64,000 nt of DNA from Harriotta raleighana (GCA_050575255.1 JBNZDD010013632.1:2933122-2997121); one strand, 5' to 3'. Counted from the stretch's first letter, positions 50,284 to 64,000 are shown. Translations and numbers: made by a program. The notes: a model not told the origin generated them from the sequence alone.

Positions 50284-53200
50284 CCCATTATGATCCAGCA
50301 GTTTTATTCAGTATTCTCATCACACAATGTCCAGGGTTAGTGATCACTGCACTGGGATGTTAGGATCCATTGACCAATGTACGTCAGGGATCCATTGACC
50401 AAATACATACTTCTAAATCAATTCACTATAAGGCTGCATGTAAAAAAACACAGATAATATATTTTTATTTTCTCAATTTTTAGTGAAGGTCTGCAAGAAT
50501 TTTTTTCCAATGAAATTTCTACCAGTTTGGATATTAAACTCAGCAGCTGAAGACTGGGACAAGTGATTATATTTAATAAATAGTATTAATAACAAAACAA
50601 GAAAGAATTAAAAACTTTAAAAGTAGCAATACCTAAATGATATCAAATGAATTTTGCTGAAATTTATTAAACCTGTGCACCAACAAATACAACATCAGAA
50701 TTTTAAAATCCATACCATTAGGATTTATCATTCATACATGCATGCATTAATGAGACAGCTTAAATTTTTTTCCTGTAATCCACACCTCTTTATTATATAT
50801 TTTTCTATGGCTCCTAAAGACCATGCCATATAACGGTCCAGTGAAGTTAACATTCCAGATATTTAACTTATAATCAAGTTTTTTTTAAAACCTCCGGCAA
50901 TATTTATGCTAATGACTAAGCAAGTTTTAGTTTAAAGTTACTCTTTTGAATTTTTCTTTTTTTTTGAAAAAAGAACTGCCACAATATATAACATTTCTCA
51001 TTGATTGCGTATTGTATTTGGCTGGGAGGCAAACAGCTAATTTCTGTAAGAATACACCACCTAATCTACTGCTAACCAGAGTATCCTTTAGGCAAAGCCA
51101 GCCTGAAATCACCATCTTCCTGTTATCAACCTTTGACATTACCAAATGTCAACTACCTAATGTGATGGCACAAAAGCTTTTTAAGTAGACTACAGTTATA
51201 TCATTGTACATAGCAAAACTCCAGCTAATATTAAAAAACCATTAACATTGTAGTGAATAGAATACCACATTAAGTTTGCAAAAGCAGATTGATTAAGCCT
51301 GGGATAAGTTGCCTTTTGCAGGAGCAACCACTAACTTTTTAACTGAAGGTCGCATTCGCATGTGGCAGCTAACCCATGACCAGAATAAAAAGTCCTCTAT
51401 GTCATTGCTACAGGCCATATTGGGATGCTGTTTGAACAGCCTGAAACAGCTCATGCTGTTTCCAGTGGCAACATGCTTTTCTTGATCTCGTGTGTGGAGC
51501 TGCAGAGCAAATGTGCAAGTGCAATAAGTGACCCTACTTTAGAGGTTTGTACCTCTAATTGATTTCATTATGTTTATTTTCTTCCAAACTTGTATTTTAC
51601 TCGTTGGAAAGGTAGCATATGCCCTTGAAATCTGATCTCCCACAACACAATGCTTCACTTTAACCTTCCTAAAGTAGTAGGCTTTGCACACACCTTGTAT
51701 AGTACTTTGGTCGGAGTACAATATCCTCTCAAGCTTGTGGATTCCCTTACAAATTGCTCAGATTTATATTTGTTATCCATGTGTGTCAGTTAGTTCTGTT
51801 TACGCAATTGTAGAATTCTAATTGTTACTGTCTGAGCTACACTAAGTAGCTCTAAGAATCCTCTACTTTCCTCCAGACTTCAGTTGGTTCACTGGAGGTA
51901 TTTTGAGAGTAACAAAAGGCAATTTGCCACAAATTGCAGATAACATCTTGCAGTATTTCCAGATTTCAGCAACAAAACACAGCTCCATCAGTGGAGATGT
52001 TTGAGAACTTTTGTTTAAATCAACAGTGCAGCCCTACTCTAAGACACCAGAGCTATTCTTCGATGACATCAGGTAAAGCTTATAATGCTTTAAACAAATG
52101 AATGGATTCTTACACATGGCCTAATAGAAGTCCAGCTAAAAGTTTCCATTGTTATTTTGGAATAATGTTACCTTTTTTAAAAAAAAAGTTTTGGAGGTGC
52201 TTGAATTCTTACTACCTTCCTTGTGGCTGATGAATAACATCAATATGGTTAACAGCATGGTAAAATCCTCTACTGTTATTCAACCATGCTATTTGAAATA
52301 CATTAATAATTTTGGTCTGGTGCTGTTGACAGTGGGGGAACAGAAATCCATTGTGTTTTCAAATGCAAGTGTTTGTCTTATGTCTGAATTGTACCACAAA
52401 AGGAGTGTGGGTGGGGGGCTGGAGGGATTTCAGCATAGTTTACACATATCTACTGTTTTCTGTAACCATTTCATAAATTGATGCATGCCTTTTTAATTTA
52501 CATTAGAAATCTTTCCTCTGATTCCTAAACTGAAGAGCAATGTGGGCAATACAACAACACTTTGTATTGTATATTGAGTAGTATAAAATGCAGCATTGAG
52601 CTATGCTTTAGAACATACCACTGACTTGTCATGATTCACCAGGCAATAAATAAGTCCCTACAATAATGTACAAAACTATCTGGCAGCAATTATTCCTAAC
52701 AGCTGCGTGAATCAAAAAGGGTTGCCTAATACTGGCTCTGTCATCTCATCAAACAAAGCTGCATTAGGATGGTTTCTACTGACCTCTTGACACTCATCAG
52801 CTATCAAAACTTTGCACTATGACAACACAAAATTTGCTAAGAGCCTCTGCATGAAATGTAGGTTGGAAACAATATTTCTCAATCAACATATTTTGCCTCT
52901 ACACAGAAATATACATAGTACCAATATCTCGATCTTAATAGCATTTGGGGGGTTTATTTTAAGGTTAACATTAAAGCCACAAAATAAATAAAATGTACAG
53001 AAAAATTTATCCATTATTTCTCTTTATTCTCTGAATTTTCTTATGCAATTAGACCAGAAGTCATCGCTTGCTCCCGAGAATTACAAAACTGCCAATGTAA
53101 TCAGTCAAAGTTGTGCATTTCTGCCACTGCTTTTCCTACCTCAAATTGATTTAAATGTGTTACTTTTTTGCTGCGTTTCAGCATAGCATGTAATGTTGAG

Positions 53201-54323
53201 AAATCCATGGTGATTTATACAGTAAGATGTTACAATCTGAATCTGGTATGAAAAAAAACTCAATTGGACACAATTTCTATAGAAACAGATTTGGGACGAA
53301 AGACAAATGAACTACTTTTTGTTAATTACTGATAGGTAACCAGAACAAATTAATGAGCAACGAAATCCTTCAAGTTGTTGTGTTAACAAAAGTGAAGATA
53401 TTGTGGCTGAAGAAAGGCCCAATAATTGGGTGCAGGATAGGGTGCTGTTCATTCAACACCACAGACATCAAGTGCAAGACCTTCATTATTATACCTCCTC
53501 AGGGGGGCAATTTACTGCAGATCATGCATGCAAATGTTAGAAAAACAATCAATGCTATTTAACTAGCCTTAGCAGCCACATAGGAAGTAGTTTCAATAAC
53601 AAATGATAAAGATATAAGAGAATGTGTTGTGTATATATGATAATAAGGCATCGGCGGTAACTTAAGTCCCAAATTGCCTATATTTTTCAATCCATAAACC
53701 TCAAAATAATTATTCAAATCCTGATCAAGACCAAATAAGCTTTTGGTTGAGTTTTACAAAATAGCAAAGGCCAAACCCAGACACAATAATCCAACTAGAC
53801 AACATTGCGTACTATTTAATTTCTAATCATGCTAATATTATTTGTGCATTAGAAGCTCTTATCACTAATTTGCTGCAATCTGTTCTTCACAACTCCATAT
53901 TTTATTTTTTGTCAGTATAGAACCTATTAATTTTTTTTAAAATGGTGAATCCCAATTCTGAACCAAACATGTTCTGCAAAATATATATATATATATGTTT
54001 ATTTTTGCATTCCAAATGAGCTGGAATGAATTGTAATTTTTTCAAGGACTATCTCTTGTTGTGTGATTCAAAGAAGCACTATTTTGAACTTAGCTCAGTG
54101 GGAAAATAAAGACAAGATAAAACAAGATGCATTTGTCACTGCACTGAATTGTAACAGCTCATCTGTTCACCCCCCACAACTCCACCCACCCCCAAACCCC
54201 ACCATTCCATAACTATCCCATTTCATCAGAAGGGTGTGAGATTTAAACTCTTTATTAAAATCAACATAAGTAGAAATATAATTGGGGCTTCTCATTCATT
54301 GCCCTCCACAGAATGCAAAAAAT

Positions 54324-54810
54324 AACAACAACAAAAATTACACTTGTATAGTGCCTTTCACATCAGGAGGACTCCCCAAGGCACTGGACAGACATTGTTT
54401 CAGACCCGAACTGGGGTCAGGGATTGGGAGGCTGGAAGCAAAGAGGGGAATTTGAGATGGAGGATCTTGAGGCGGGATTTGAAGGAGGCCAGGGAGGGGG
54501 CAAGGCAGAGAGACTGCGGAATGGAGTTCCAGAGCTTGTGGGCAGAGTGGCTGATGACTCGTCCGCCAATGGTGGGGTAGCTCAGGGGACATTGAGCAAG
54601 AGGGGACAGGAGTTGGTAGGGGCTTAAGAGGTTGCAGATGTAGGGTGGGGCAAGGCTGTGGAGGGCTTTGAGTGTGAGGAGCAGGATCTTGAATTGGATC
54701 CTCTGAATAATGGGTAGCCAATGGAGTTGGGCGAGAATGGGGGAGATGAGGTCATGAAGCTTGGAACAGTAGAGGACATGGGTCGCAAAGTTTTGGAATA
54801 TTTGCAACCT
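54324..54810 (-). mobile_element. L2 LINE 3' fragment
   Basis: ISPILAQLHWLPIIQRIQFKILLLTLKALHSLAPPYI; same 3' tail as the 29.8 kb copy. Confidence 0.9.
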
Positions 54811-57334
54811 GTCACCAAGAGGAATTAGGGTCATTCTGTTATTCTGTCCCCAGACTGATCAGCCAACCAACACAAACAGAGAAATCAAATTTATATTTGA
54901 TCCCAAGACTTCCATAGGATTTCAAGTCAATTCAATACAATTCTACACATACGTGTATATATATTTAAAATAAATAAAAGTCAAGCTATCTTCGTGGCTG
55001 TGAGTCTTGCCAAAATGGCAGGCTTTGTAGCTTACCCACATAATGTTGAGAAACTAATGATGAGATACATACAGTGACATAGACTTACACAGAATGATAT
55101 GGCATTGAAACAGGCCATTTGGTCCAACTAATCCACATTGGGTGGTGTTTATATTTCACACAAGCCTCCATCCCTTCTATTCTATTATCTTCTCCCTCAT
55201 CAATTTTCTCATAAATACTTGTTGCTATTTTCTTCAGCCGCAGATTCCAGCAGTGAATTTATCCGTACACAGATATATATTTTCTCTCTCTGTTACCACA
55301 AGGCATCATTTTACCCAAAGAGATAGGTTACTCTAAATCAAGAATGAAGAAAGACAATGCCAAACTAGTTGTAAATGATCTAAATATTCCTTGCACTTGA
55401 ATTTATTTTTGAATTTGTTGTTGATCTCGAAAATGCAAAGAATTAGTTGTTATTATTGTGTTGTAACTTATTATTTGGGTGCAATTCATAATAGTTCTGC
55501 CATTCAAGATTATGATGATGAGCTGCAGGTACAACAAATATGTTGAAATTAATTATGATTAAACAATCTGCACTGCCAATATACTCCAGCACGCTAAGTA
55601 AACCATTGATGCAGACTTGCTTTCACTTTTGGAAAGACCTTTAGAACTTTTGCCTGCAGGGCTTGTGACTTATGACTTTCTCACACTCCTGAAAGAACCG
55701 CTTTAATATAATGATACTCCTGTCATATCCTATATATCATTTCAGAATTATTATCTTCCAGTCTATTCTCATTATGTTCATAATTTTTTTTAGGTTTAAA
55801 TTATTTGTAAAGTAGTTTTGGGCTTTCTGGGGCATGGCTGTGATCCCTCAAGCTACAATTTGTCAGGGTATAAATGATAAGATACATGGCAAGTGCATCT
55901 TGTAAGATTGTCTTTCGTTAGCATTGTACAGAAGTGAGGCTAAAGAAAATGTATGTGTTGTTTCTGCAGGCATTTGATCACAGGGTAAAATACATTTATT
56001 TCATTTTTTCCCCCTCAGAGAAAGTTCTCAAATATGTGCTATTGCAATAATCTTATGCACATGTACAATGAATATTCATAGCGTCCTTCACAAGCAATAA
56101 TTCATTTCTTTTTCACACATAATACGCATCATTTTGCATCAGGAAATGGGGCTAGAATCCAGGTGCATGCATTGCTCTGCTAACTACGAACTGATTGCTG
56201 CTGACATTTTTAATATTAATAAAGAGGGTCCACTCTGCTCATTAAAATGAAAAACTTAAAAGTTCACAGGCAGTTGGCCTTCATGTTTCCTTGGTTTTAA
56301 AGAGGTTTATTTTCCAAGGTTCCCTCTACTGATAATCAAAGGAGTTCTCTCCTGGACGACAGGGCTATTGCACGGGTTTTGCAATCAACCTGTACAAAAT
56401 GGGGAAGGAAATGGAAAAACGATACACTGGCTGCATTACAATCTGAATATGTTTGTTTCTTTTCGATGGAAAAGAAGGTGAACTCTTAATAGCAGTCAAC
56501 TGTAGTAGACTGCTACAGATGGGAAGTACAGAATATGGAGCAATTCATCCACAATAGTCACACTCCAGTGGATCCCGATCCCCTGTGAGATTGTATCCGT
56601 GGTGCACCATTAGGATTCAACAGTGGGGGTGTAAGGATAATAGGGTTAAAGGCAACCTTTGATCCTGTTGTCATGGCATGCAGCATTTATAAGTGTGTAA
56701 CATTGGTAGCTACAGACTAACAGCCTTTGTAACATGTCACTTATAGCTTCTAACGGGTATTTCCTATAGATGTTGTATAAGACTGCACAAACGTAACATG
56801 TAAATGTTGTACCCGGATGGTCTGTAGAAGAGTTTGACCGTGCGGTTGCAGTGTTCCGGCTTTTTCAACTAACAAGTGACTTATACTGACAATAAATCAC
56901 AGTTACAAAGTTCAGAAGCATTGACCCTTACTAAACACTTGGTATATTGATTAATAGCATCATGCACTGTTTTAACCATTCATATGCAGCATTCAACAAT
57001 CAGTTCTAATAGACTTTAACCTTTTGTAGATTACTCGATGTGTCTGCAGTATTGGTCAAAGAGTTGAGGTTAGTAACGTGCACATTGTCAATGTTGCAAT
57101 ATTCATTATAGCGTCTTACTTAATGTTGTTTGGCTTGTTATACAAATTGTAAAACGAGATCCTTGGCAGTTGATTGGGGTCTGACCACTCAGCCTCCAAA
57201 CTTGGGTTAAAGCAACTACCTGACAGATCCCTTCAAATAGAAACTGAAGGGGACCTGGAGATTTCCCAAATTTATGGAAAAAGCAAAAGGAAGCAATAAT
57301 TATTTGCAAGTAGCAATTACATAGAATTAAATAC

Positions 57335-57622
57335 ATAATAATATTATCTTTGCATTTGATATAGTGCTTTTCACATCATCAAGAGGTCTCAAAGTGCTTC
57401 ACAGAATATACTGTAAAATGAATTGACTATATATGTGGGCAAAGCAGTGACCCACAATCATTCATGGTTTGAAATAATCAATTTATTATTGTTTATTTTT
57501 TGAGGGATTATTATTAGGCATATAGAGTAAGGAAACTTGCCCGTGCTTTCTCCCTGTCTGGAATTGAATCCAGGTCTCTTGCTTGTAAGGCAAGTGCACT
57601 AACCACTGAGCTACAGGATTCC
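57335..57622 (-). mobile_element. tRNA-derived SINE (type B head), internally deleted
   Basis: Minus-strand head ggaatcctgtagctcagtggttagtgcacttgccttacaagcaagagacctggattcaattcc, plus the shared tail. Confidence 0.85.
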
Positions 57623-57632
57623 AGGTATGGCA

Positions 57633-57995
57633 TTAAAAAAACAACTTGCACTTGCGCAACTTGCACTTATATAGCACTCTCAGAGCGCTTAACAGTGGTG
57701 GAGCCTGACTCCAAGGTGAGCCGGGTTTGGGGGGATGTGGCCATAAGCACGGTTGAAGAGGAAGGCTTTCAGCTGGACTTGAAAAGGGGGAGAGAGGGGC
57801 CAAGGCAAGGGAGTTGAGGGAGAGTGTTTCACAGTTTGGGGGAGTAGTGGCTGAAATATCCAATGGTGGGGTGGAGGGTGTGAGGGACAGGCAGGAGGCC
57901 GGTGACAGGCGAGCGGAGATGCCGGGTGGTGGCTTGGGGAGTGAGGAGGACAGGGAAGTAGGGAGGTGCCAGGGAGTGAGTAGATTTGAACCAGG
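57633..57995 (-). mobile_element. L2 LINE 3' fragment (second subfamily)
   Basis: FKSTHSLAPPYF..LL...RHLRS..TGLL.VP and FQVQLKAFLFNRAY; tail ...gctatataagtgcaagttg. Confidence 0.8.
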
Positions 57996-58944
57996 AACAG
58001 GTTACAGCAGAAACAGGCCACCCAGCCCAACTACAGCAACCACGACAAAAGCTAACATTTATATTGCGCCCTTTGTGTAGGACAATGTGTTGGAGAGTTT
58101 TGCAATGGTACAGGTTGATGCTGGGAAAAGGCAGATGTCGGAGTTTACCATGGTGAAGCAGGAGGAGTAAGTTTTTGTATTCCATAGAAACATATGTCAA
58201 GCATTGCCAGAACATTAGCTTCCAAGTATCAGGGAAAAGAGGAGTAATACCACAATACATTAAAATAGAAATCAACAATTGGATGGAATCTCTATTTCAT
58301 GGTCGTTCAGATTTAAAACGTGCAAAGATTTTTTTTAAAATAATTTTTTATGAGGATTATTATCCAACCAAATGTAATTTTGTCATAGGCAGATCTTAAT
58401 ACTCATTGAACATTTTTGCATTTTTAGACTTCATAGAAGCTGTTCTCCCAGTAGTCTGCTTTGAATATTTAAATCCACGACATGTATTCCCTGAATGTTA
58501 CAGAAAATGTATTGCTATTTTGGTGCTATCTGCCAGACAGGTATAGTTTATCTCAACTTCACATTGGAGGTAAGAGTGACATACCTTACAATTGATATAG
58601 AATTTGTGGTATTTCTTCACTTAAAACATGTAGTTATGATAAGTTGAACCATTTTTAACCACATCAGGAGTGATGAATGCTGCTTCCTCTTCTATTAATA
58701 TGAAAAGACTGTCTATCGTATAATTAGCTTACAAGCATTTGGCGTCTAACCAAGTTACTCACAAACTTTGGTCCAATAGAAGAGTAAGTATTTTATTTAA
58801 GATTCTAGGATATTGTGAGGCCAAAATTGGTGATGGATGAGGAAAGATTAAAAGTGGAGCTGTCCAAATAAGCACATTGGAGGACATTGCATAGATCAGG
58901 GGTTGGTGTTTCAATCTTTGAATACCTTAGAGTACAATAATAAT

Positions 58945-59105
58945 AAATTGGTCACCAACTCTTTAGGGGATACCACTGTGCACAATTGGCTGCTGCATTT
59001 CACCCACAAAATGTAGCAAATTCGCTTTATAGTATATTCTGTGTAGGCGCTTTGACCCGTCTTAAAGACATGATAAAGCACTATATAAAATGCAAGAATT
59101 TTTAT
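58945..59105 (+). mobile_element. SINE 3' fragment
   Basis: ctgtgcacaattggctgctgcatttcacccac...gcactatataaaatgcaaga. Confidence 0.8.
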
Positions 59106-59107
59106 TA

Positions 59108-59514
59108 CAGTAAAAGCTTGTTTATCTGGCACCCAACCAACCGGAACGCTCAACCCCAACCGGTACCTCCCAATACAATTCATCATTCCAGCAAATGGAT
59201 CTCATACCGGAGACATCCAGGATACTAGCGAGTATGCTCACTTTGCGCATGTATGCGCATGTGTACTTATTAATCTTAACGAACGCTGGAATTTTTATTT
59301 TACCGATCATTTTGCCAAGCGTGCTGCAATACTTTATTGGGAAGTATCCATACAATATTCTGTTATTATTTAGTCTATTATTAATATGGTAAGCTTTAAA
59401 ATAAGTAATTTTTTTGTGTAGGATTTTCAGCAACTTGCCTCTCTTATATACTGCATATTTAATTAACCAGCACTGGTCAGGCCCCGAGAGTGCCGGATAA
59501 ACAAGCTTTTACTG
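59108..59514. mobile_element. Tc1/mariner (pogo/Tigger-like) MITE, 407 bp
   Basis: 25-bp terminal inverted repeats CAGTAAAAGCTTGTTTATCyGGCAC (24/25 match), TA dinucleotide on both sides (59106-7, 59515-6), no transposase. Confidence 0.9.
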
Positions 59515-61419
59515 TAGTGTTATATAAGTGGAAGGTAAATTTTGTGCACTGAAGGACGTTGGGGAATATATAGTGGAGCTAAAACAGCACCAACTTGCAT
59601 TTATATAGCCACGCCAAGGGATGTCTCAGAGTGCTTCACAACGACAGAGTCCAAGTTATCAGCAAAAGAATACAAAGGCTTAGACGATGGACAGAGAGGT
59701 CATTAATGTGCAGAAGGAAAGTGATGGGACTGAGACAGGATGTTGAGCAAAATACTTTTCATGAGGAAAGCTCAGCAAAATCTTATCTCAATCTTTCCCT
59801 GAAATCAGCTGTTTCAGGGTAAGAGAAGGAAGCAATTAAATGTTTTATGTGACGTCACTATAGTTGGTCTTGGTCACAGTTCTAACTTGACAACATAAAA
59901 GACTTTCTATTACTTCATGTCCATGACTGATGATGGGTTGTTACAACAGGATTAATGTTTTGACTTGAGGAGTTAAGTATTATCTGTCTGTATTCTCGGC
60001 TGAAAGCATTAGTATCACAGTGGATTAATGTTTTCATTGCACTATGTACTACATACTATTTTTGTGCAGGGATCACTGCCAATTTTGTTGTGCATGCCAT
60101 TGACATTGTCAATCTGTGGAATAGGAAAAATGCTTGTGCCCCATAAGGTATTGTATCTCAAAGCCACTCTTCTAGCCTGGTGGGTGGATTCTGAATGATT
60201 CAGCGCACACTGGGATAATCTAGTGCAGGCTCTGAAATTACTACTGTATGTACCTCAGGGTTTCTTTTCATAAAGACTTTGCTTTACTTGTTCCTGGTGT
60301 GCTCCAGTGCAAGTTATTTGTAGGCTGTCCAACATTTCTATCCCAATGGAGATACACATACTAAATAAACTGCATAAAAGCAAACACTGACCCATGTATA
60401 ACAGGACCTGGACATAACTCTTACCCAAGAAGCATCTTATTTGTGTGAGAGATGTACTTTATTTTCAGTGATAGGACCTATTTGAAAATATAAGGCATAT
60501 TACCGCTTGGTTCCCCTGTCATTACAACCACATGCTCTGCTCTGAGCTATTACAGACTGTTGCACAGCACCCATTTCACAGCATATACAAGCAGAGGTTG
60601 ATACGAAGCTGTACTGAGGTCATTACAATGAAAGATGTGAGTGAACTGTTGTCTTTTACTAAGTGTGTTCTCTGACAAAGTTTAGAGTTTAGAAGTCACA
60701 CAGAAATGGCTGCTCTTTCCAACCTTCGTGATATTTTTCATCTCCAGAGTCTTTGCTAGCTGACTAACTGAGCTTTTTAGGCAAATGTACTTGACGTAAG
60801 ATAAAGCACTTAGAGAAATTACTGTCCAGTCATAAAGCTACTTACCAGCGAGTTGCTGAAACGACCCCCAATGTGCAGTGATATATAGGCTGTAGCTGCT
60901 TCTGTAACCTTTGTGGTAATGTTGCTTGAACCAAAATTACCTGCGTTAAATATACTGCTGTCATACATTTAGTTGTTATATTGTTGAGTTTTCTAAATGA
61001 GTTTTGATAGTGAATTGAGTAAAAGTGTTTAATCACAGAAGCATCAGTGAAGGCCAACCAGTGAACGTGAACAATGCAAAAAGAATAAGATGAATAAATT
61101 AAAGGAGAACATTCGGTTTATTGTTCTGTCAGGAAAACTGGTACACTGGCACTATTTGGTTTAATATTTCATACCTCCTGGTTTTATTAATGAGGTTTAT
61201 TACAAAGTTCAAAGCTGAACAAAAACCATTGGATGCAGAAATAAATTATTATCGTTTGTAGTCTAAATTCAACTTAATTTTTTGACCATTTAAAACTATT
61301 TTGCAAAACATATTTCAATGTACATAACAACCTATTTGTGCATGAATAACAACATGTGAACCTGTGCATCAATCCAGAGGTTTAAATAGGGTTGCCTTGT
61401 GATTAGTCTTTAAAGTTTG

Positions 61420-61767
61420 ATGTTGACTTTCCAAGCACAAAGCTGGGAGTGTGTTGTATTATTGGAGGTGTCATCCTTCAGATTAGATGAAAAACTGAGG
61501 TCTTGCCTGTCTGTTCAGTTGGATGTTAAAAATCCCATGGCTCTATTTGAAAACATAAAGAATTGCACTGGCCAATAATATACAGATACCCATATAATTG
61601 ATTGTTTACTTCATGCACTTTGAACGGATACTGCTGTGTGCAAATTGGCTGCTGCGATTGCCTACATATGCAATAACTATACTCCATAGTTAATGCTGTG
61701 AAGCACTTCTTGAGAAGGATCGATGATGTGACAAGGCACTATATCAAATGCAAGGATTATTGTTATT
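61420..61767 (+). mobile_element. Deu-domain SINE, body and tail
   Basis: ggaggtgtcatccttcagattagatgaaaaactgagg...cagttggatgttaaaaatcccatggctctatttgaa...ctgctgtgtgcaaattggctgctgcg...aaatgcaaggattatt. Confidence 0.85.
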
Positions 61768-62213
61768 GCATTTATACCCTCAGAATTACATAATAAACCA
61801 ATGAAATTCTTTGTATTTTGAAATATACAGTATTTCTAGAACACTTTTTTACAAAACCAGCTCAGTGACTCAAAGCATAAATGAGAGCTCAAAATATTTT
61901 GCTTCAAGAATTTTTATATGCAGAACACTTTTTATTTCATTTAATCTCATTTACAGATTATATCAAGTAAAAATATTATGGATTAAAAGTATCCAAATTA
62001 CAATGGTTTTCAAAGTACAGTACTTGTAATTTTAATTTTAATATTAGCAGTTTTAGTTAATTATACATTTATTGAAGCACATTATGCCTATCATAAGATC
62101 CACATTGTAATATTTTGGTTGGCAACGGCATTGTGTGTACTTAAGGCAGCAGTGTGACTGTTATGCATAGTTCATGGCGGTATTTAAAAGCAAAGATCTA
62201 TGAAATATTAGAG

Positions 62214-62311
62214 CACATTAAAAATGACCTATGCCATCACATTCAAAATTACCGATGCCATCACATTCAAAATGACCGATGCCATCACATTCAAAATGCC
62301 CAATGCCATCA
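62214..62311. repeat. Minisatellite, 4 x 24 bp
   Basis: Unit CACATTCAAAATGACCGATGCCAT with 1-2 substitutions per copy. Confidence 0.95.
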
Positions 62312-64000
62312 TTTCAATGTGCGCTCAAAAATAACAGAGCTTAGTTTTTGCAGTCAGATTTTCTTTTAACACACATGGAGATCAAATAGATCACATGCTA
62401 TTGGAACCTTAACTGAAGGCAAGATTGTGCACCTTATTCCCTTGAAATAAAGATGGTGCGATGGCCTATACTTTTATCAAACATTATCTGAGGTTATTCT
62501 CACTCAGCACTCAATCAAGAATGACAACTGTGTGTCACTCTAGGCATTGTCTTCTAGTGTTACGAGTGAAAGTACCACCACTGATCAAAATCATATTTAT
62601 TGTGCTTTTAAGTCAAGTTCAAAATAGTCTTTGGAATTGAAGTACAACTTACTAATGATTTGGATTTGGATTTTGGTTCTTGGACAAACAATGGGCCATC
62701 TCAGTAGTTGATGAAAACCTGAAAAAATTGCAACACATTAAAGATGAAAGAGGGAGAGAACTATTAGTGCTCTAGGTCCCAAATAAATCAATGGGTCTGA
62801 CATTCAGTTATGCACAAATTAGCATATGTAAAGACAATCTCGTGGGTTTCATAAAAGCTGCCTCTGATTGGTACAAATGAATTCTGTGGCATTGCTAATT
62901 CTATCTTTTTACTTCCTACTGAGAGGTTACAGCATTTTATTGTCTGCATCCTTGTCTGCTGCATATTTTATCTTTTCCCATCATCTCCCTGATCATTTGA
63001 TTACAGAAATCTTTCCCTCTTTGACTCAAGATGAACTGATTAATATTGAGGTGAATATTTACATAATCTGAGTCGAGGCAGCCAATTTTAATTGTCATTG
63101 TAGTGGCGGGGCTTGTAAAGTAATGGCAAGGTATATTTGAGAGGTTGTGCCAGTAGAAATCCAGGCTCAGATTCAATGGGATTTTGCATTATTAATGAGA
63201 GTACATGCATGTTCTGTTTATGATCATGATACATGAATGCAGTCAACACTGCAAGATTAAAACTACAATGCCTGTAATATAATTTCAGAGAAGCTGATGT
63301 GGGAGCTGGCAAGCCTCACACTGATGCAGTAGGGAAGATCTTCGGAGGCTTGGGTTAACACATATTGGGTATATAATTGGGGCAGAGTTACAACTGTAAG
63401 TGCTTGTTGCTGGCATTAATTGTCCAAGATGAAACAATGTTCCGTTCCCAACACTGACATTCTTCACTTGATTAGGAAGAAAAAAAAACCTCACCATATC
63501 TATTTTTAACAAGAAAGTTTATCTGATTTCGAAACATTATTTTTAAAATCCAGCTGCATTGGATGAATACGTTAACGAGTGAATGCTGCTATCTTGACAA
63601 TCCTCTGGTCTGCTAAGTTTACGAAAAAAAAAGTTGCACACACAATCCTGACCCTTGGTACAAAGGTGTAAAAGCGGAGGATACAGGGTTAGGTCTCTGG
63701 ACAATGATTGTCGTCATCCCCACAGAGGGGAACTATTCCACTTAAAAAAGTGATCACTTTTGTTTTCCATATCCAGTAGTTTGTTTTTATCTTTAACTCA
63801 AACAGCTGCATAAATATATGCCTAGAAGTGAGAATTCTGTAGAGAGCTTTTCGACTGTGGTAAGGATTGATTTTCAACAGTCGCAATAGTTGAGTTGCAT
63901 AATAAGTTGCAGAGGAATGTTGGAATTGTGTAATATGCTAATTTGCTGATTAATTCTAAAGTTTATTAAGGAGAGTTGCAGTTATATAATGAGCAATGTG

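Noticed and set aside
57550-57622. tRNA gene (also 48200-48282, 33480-33559, 50165-50230)
   Set aside because: A and B boxes are present but there is no complete acceptor stem, and each continues into a SINE body; these are SINE heads.
62214-62311. CRISPR-like array
   Set aside because: Contiguous tandem units without unique spacers, no cas genes, vertebrate DNA.
15400-64000. Other 60-150 aa ORFs in the upstream desert
   Set aside because: Mostly non-ATG starts, AT-rich random composition or repeat-derived; no consistent exon structure seen. Small exons or lncRNAs cannot be excluded without transcript data.

Overview
Vertebrate genomic DNA, not prokaryotic. The repeat content (Deu-domain SINEs, L2 LINEs, a shark-type hairpin repeat) suggests a cartilaginous fish, possibly a chimaera; this is an inference. 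The only well-supported protein-coding gene is the intronless class III POU transcription factor POU3F4 (Brn4) at 3934->2801 on the minus strand. It lies in a CpG-retaining, almost transposon-free block (about 1-15 kb) with microsatellites and candidate enhancers. The remaining ~49 kb is upstream gene desert: AT-rich, CpG-depleted, with tRNA-derived SINEs sharing a 3' tail with L2 LINE fragments, CR1 remnants, a Tc1/mariner-type MITE and a hairpin repeat with a hammerhead-ribozyme remnant. Five tandem duplications centred on a single 'n' are almost certainly assembly artefacts. I found no convincing new biological system. The best leads are the modular SINE/L2 family, the ribozyme remnant, a locally templated insertion with a 12-bp flanking repeat, and candidate POU3F4 enhancers. 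Repeat names come from recalled consensus motifs, not database searches, and repeat boundaries are approximate.
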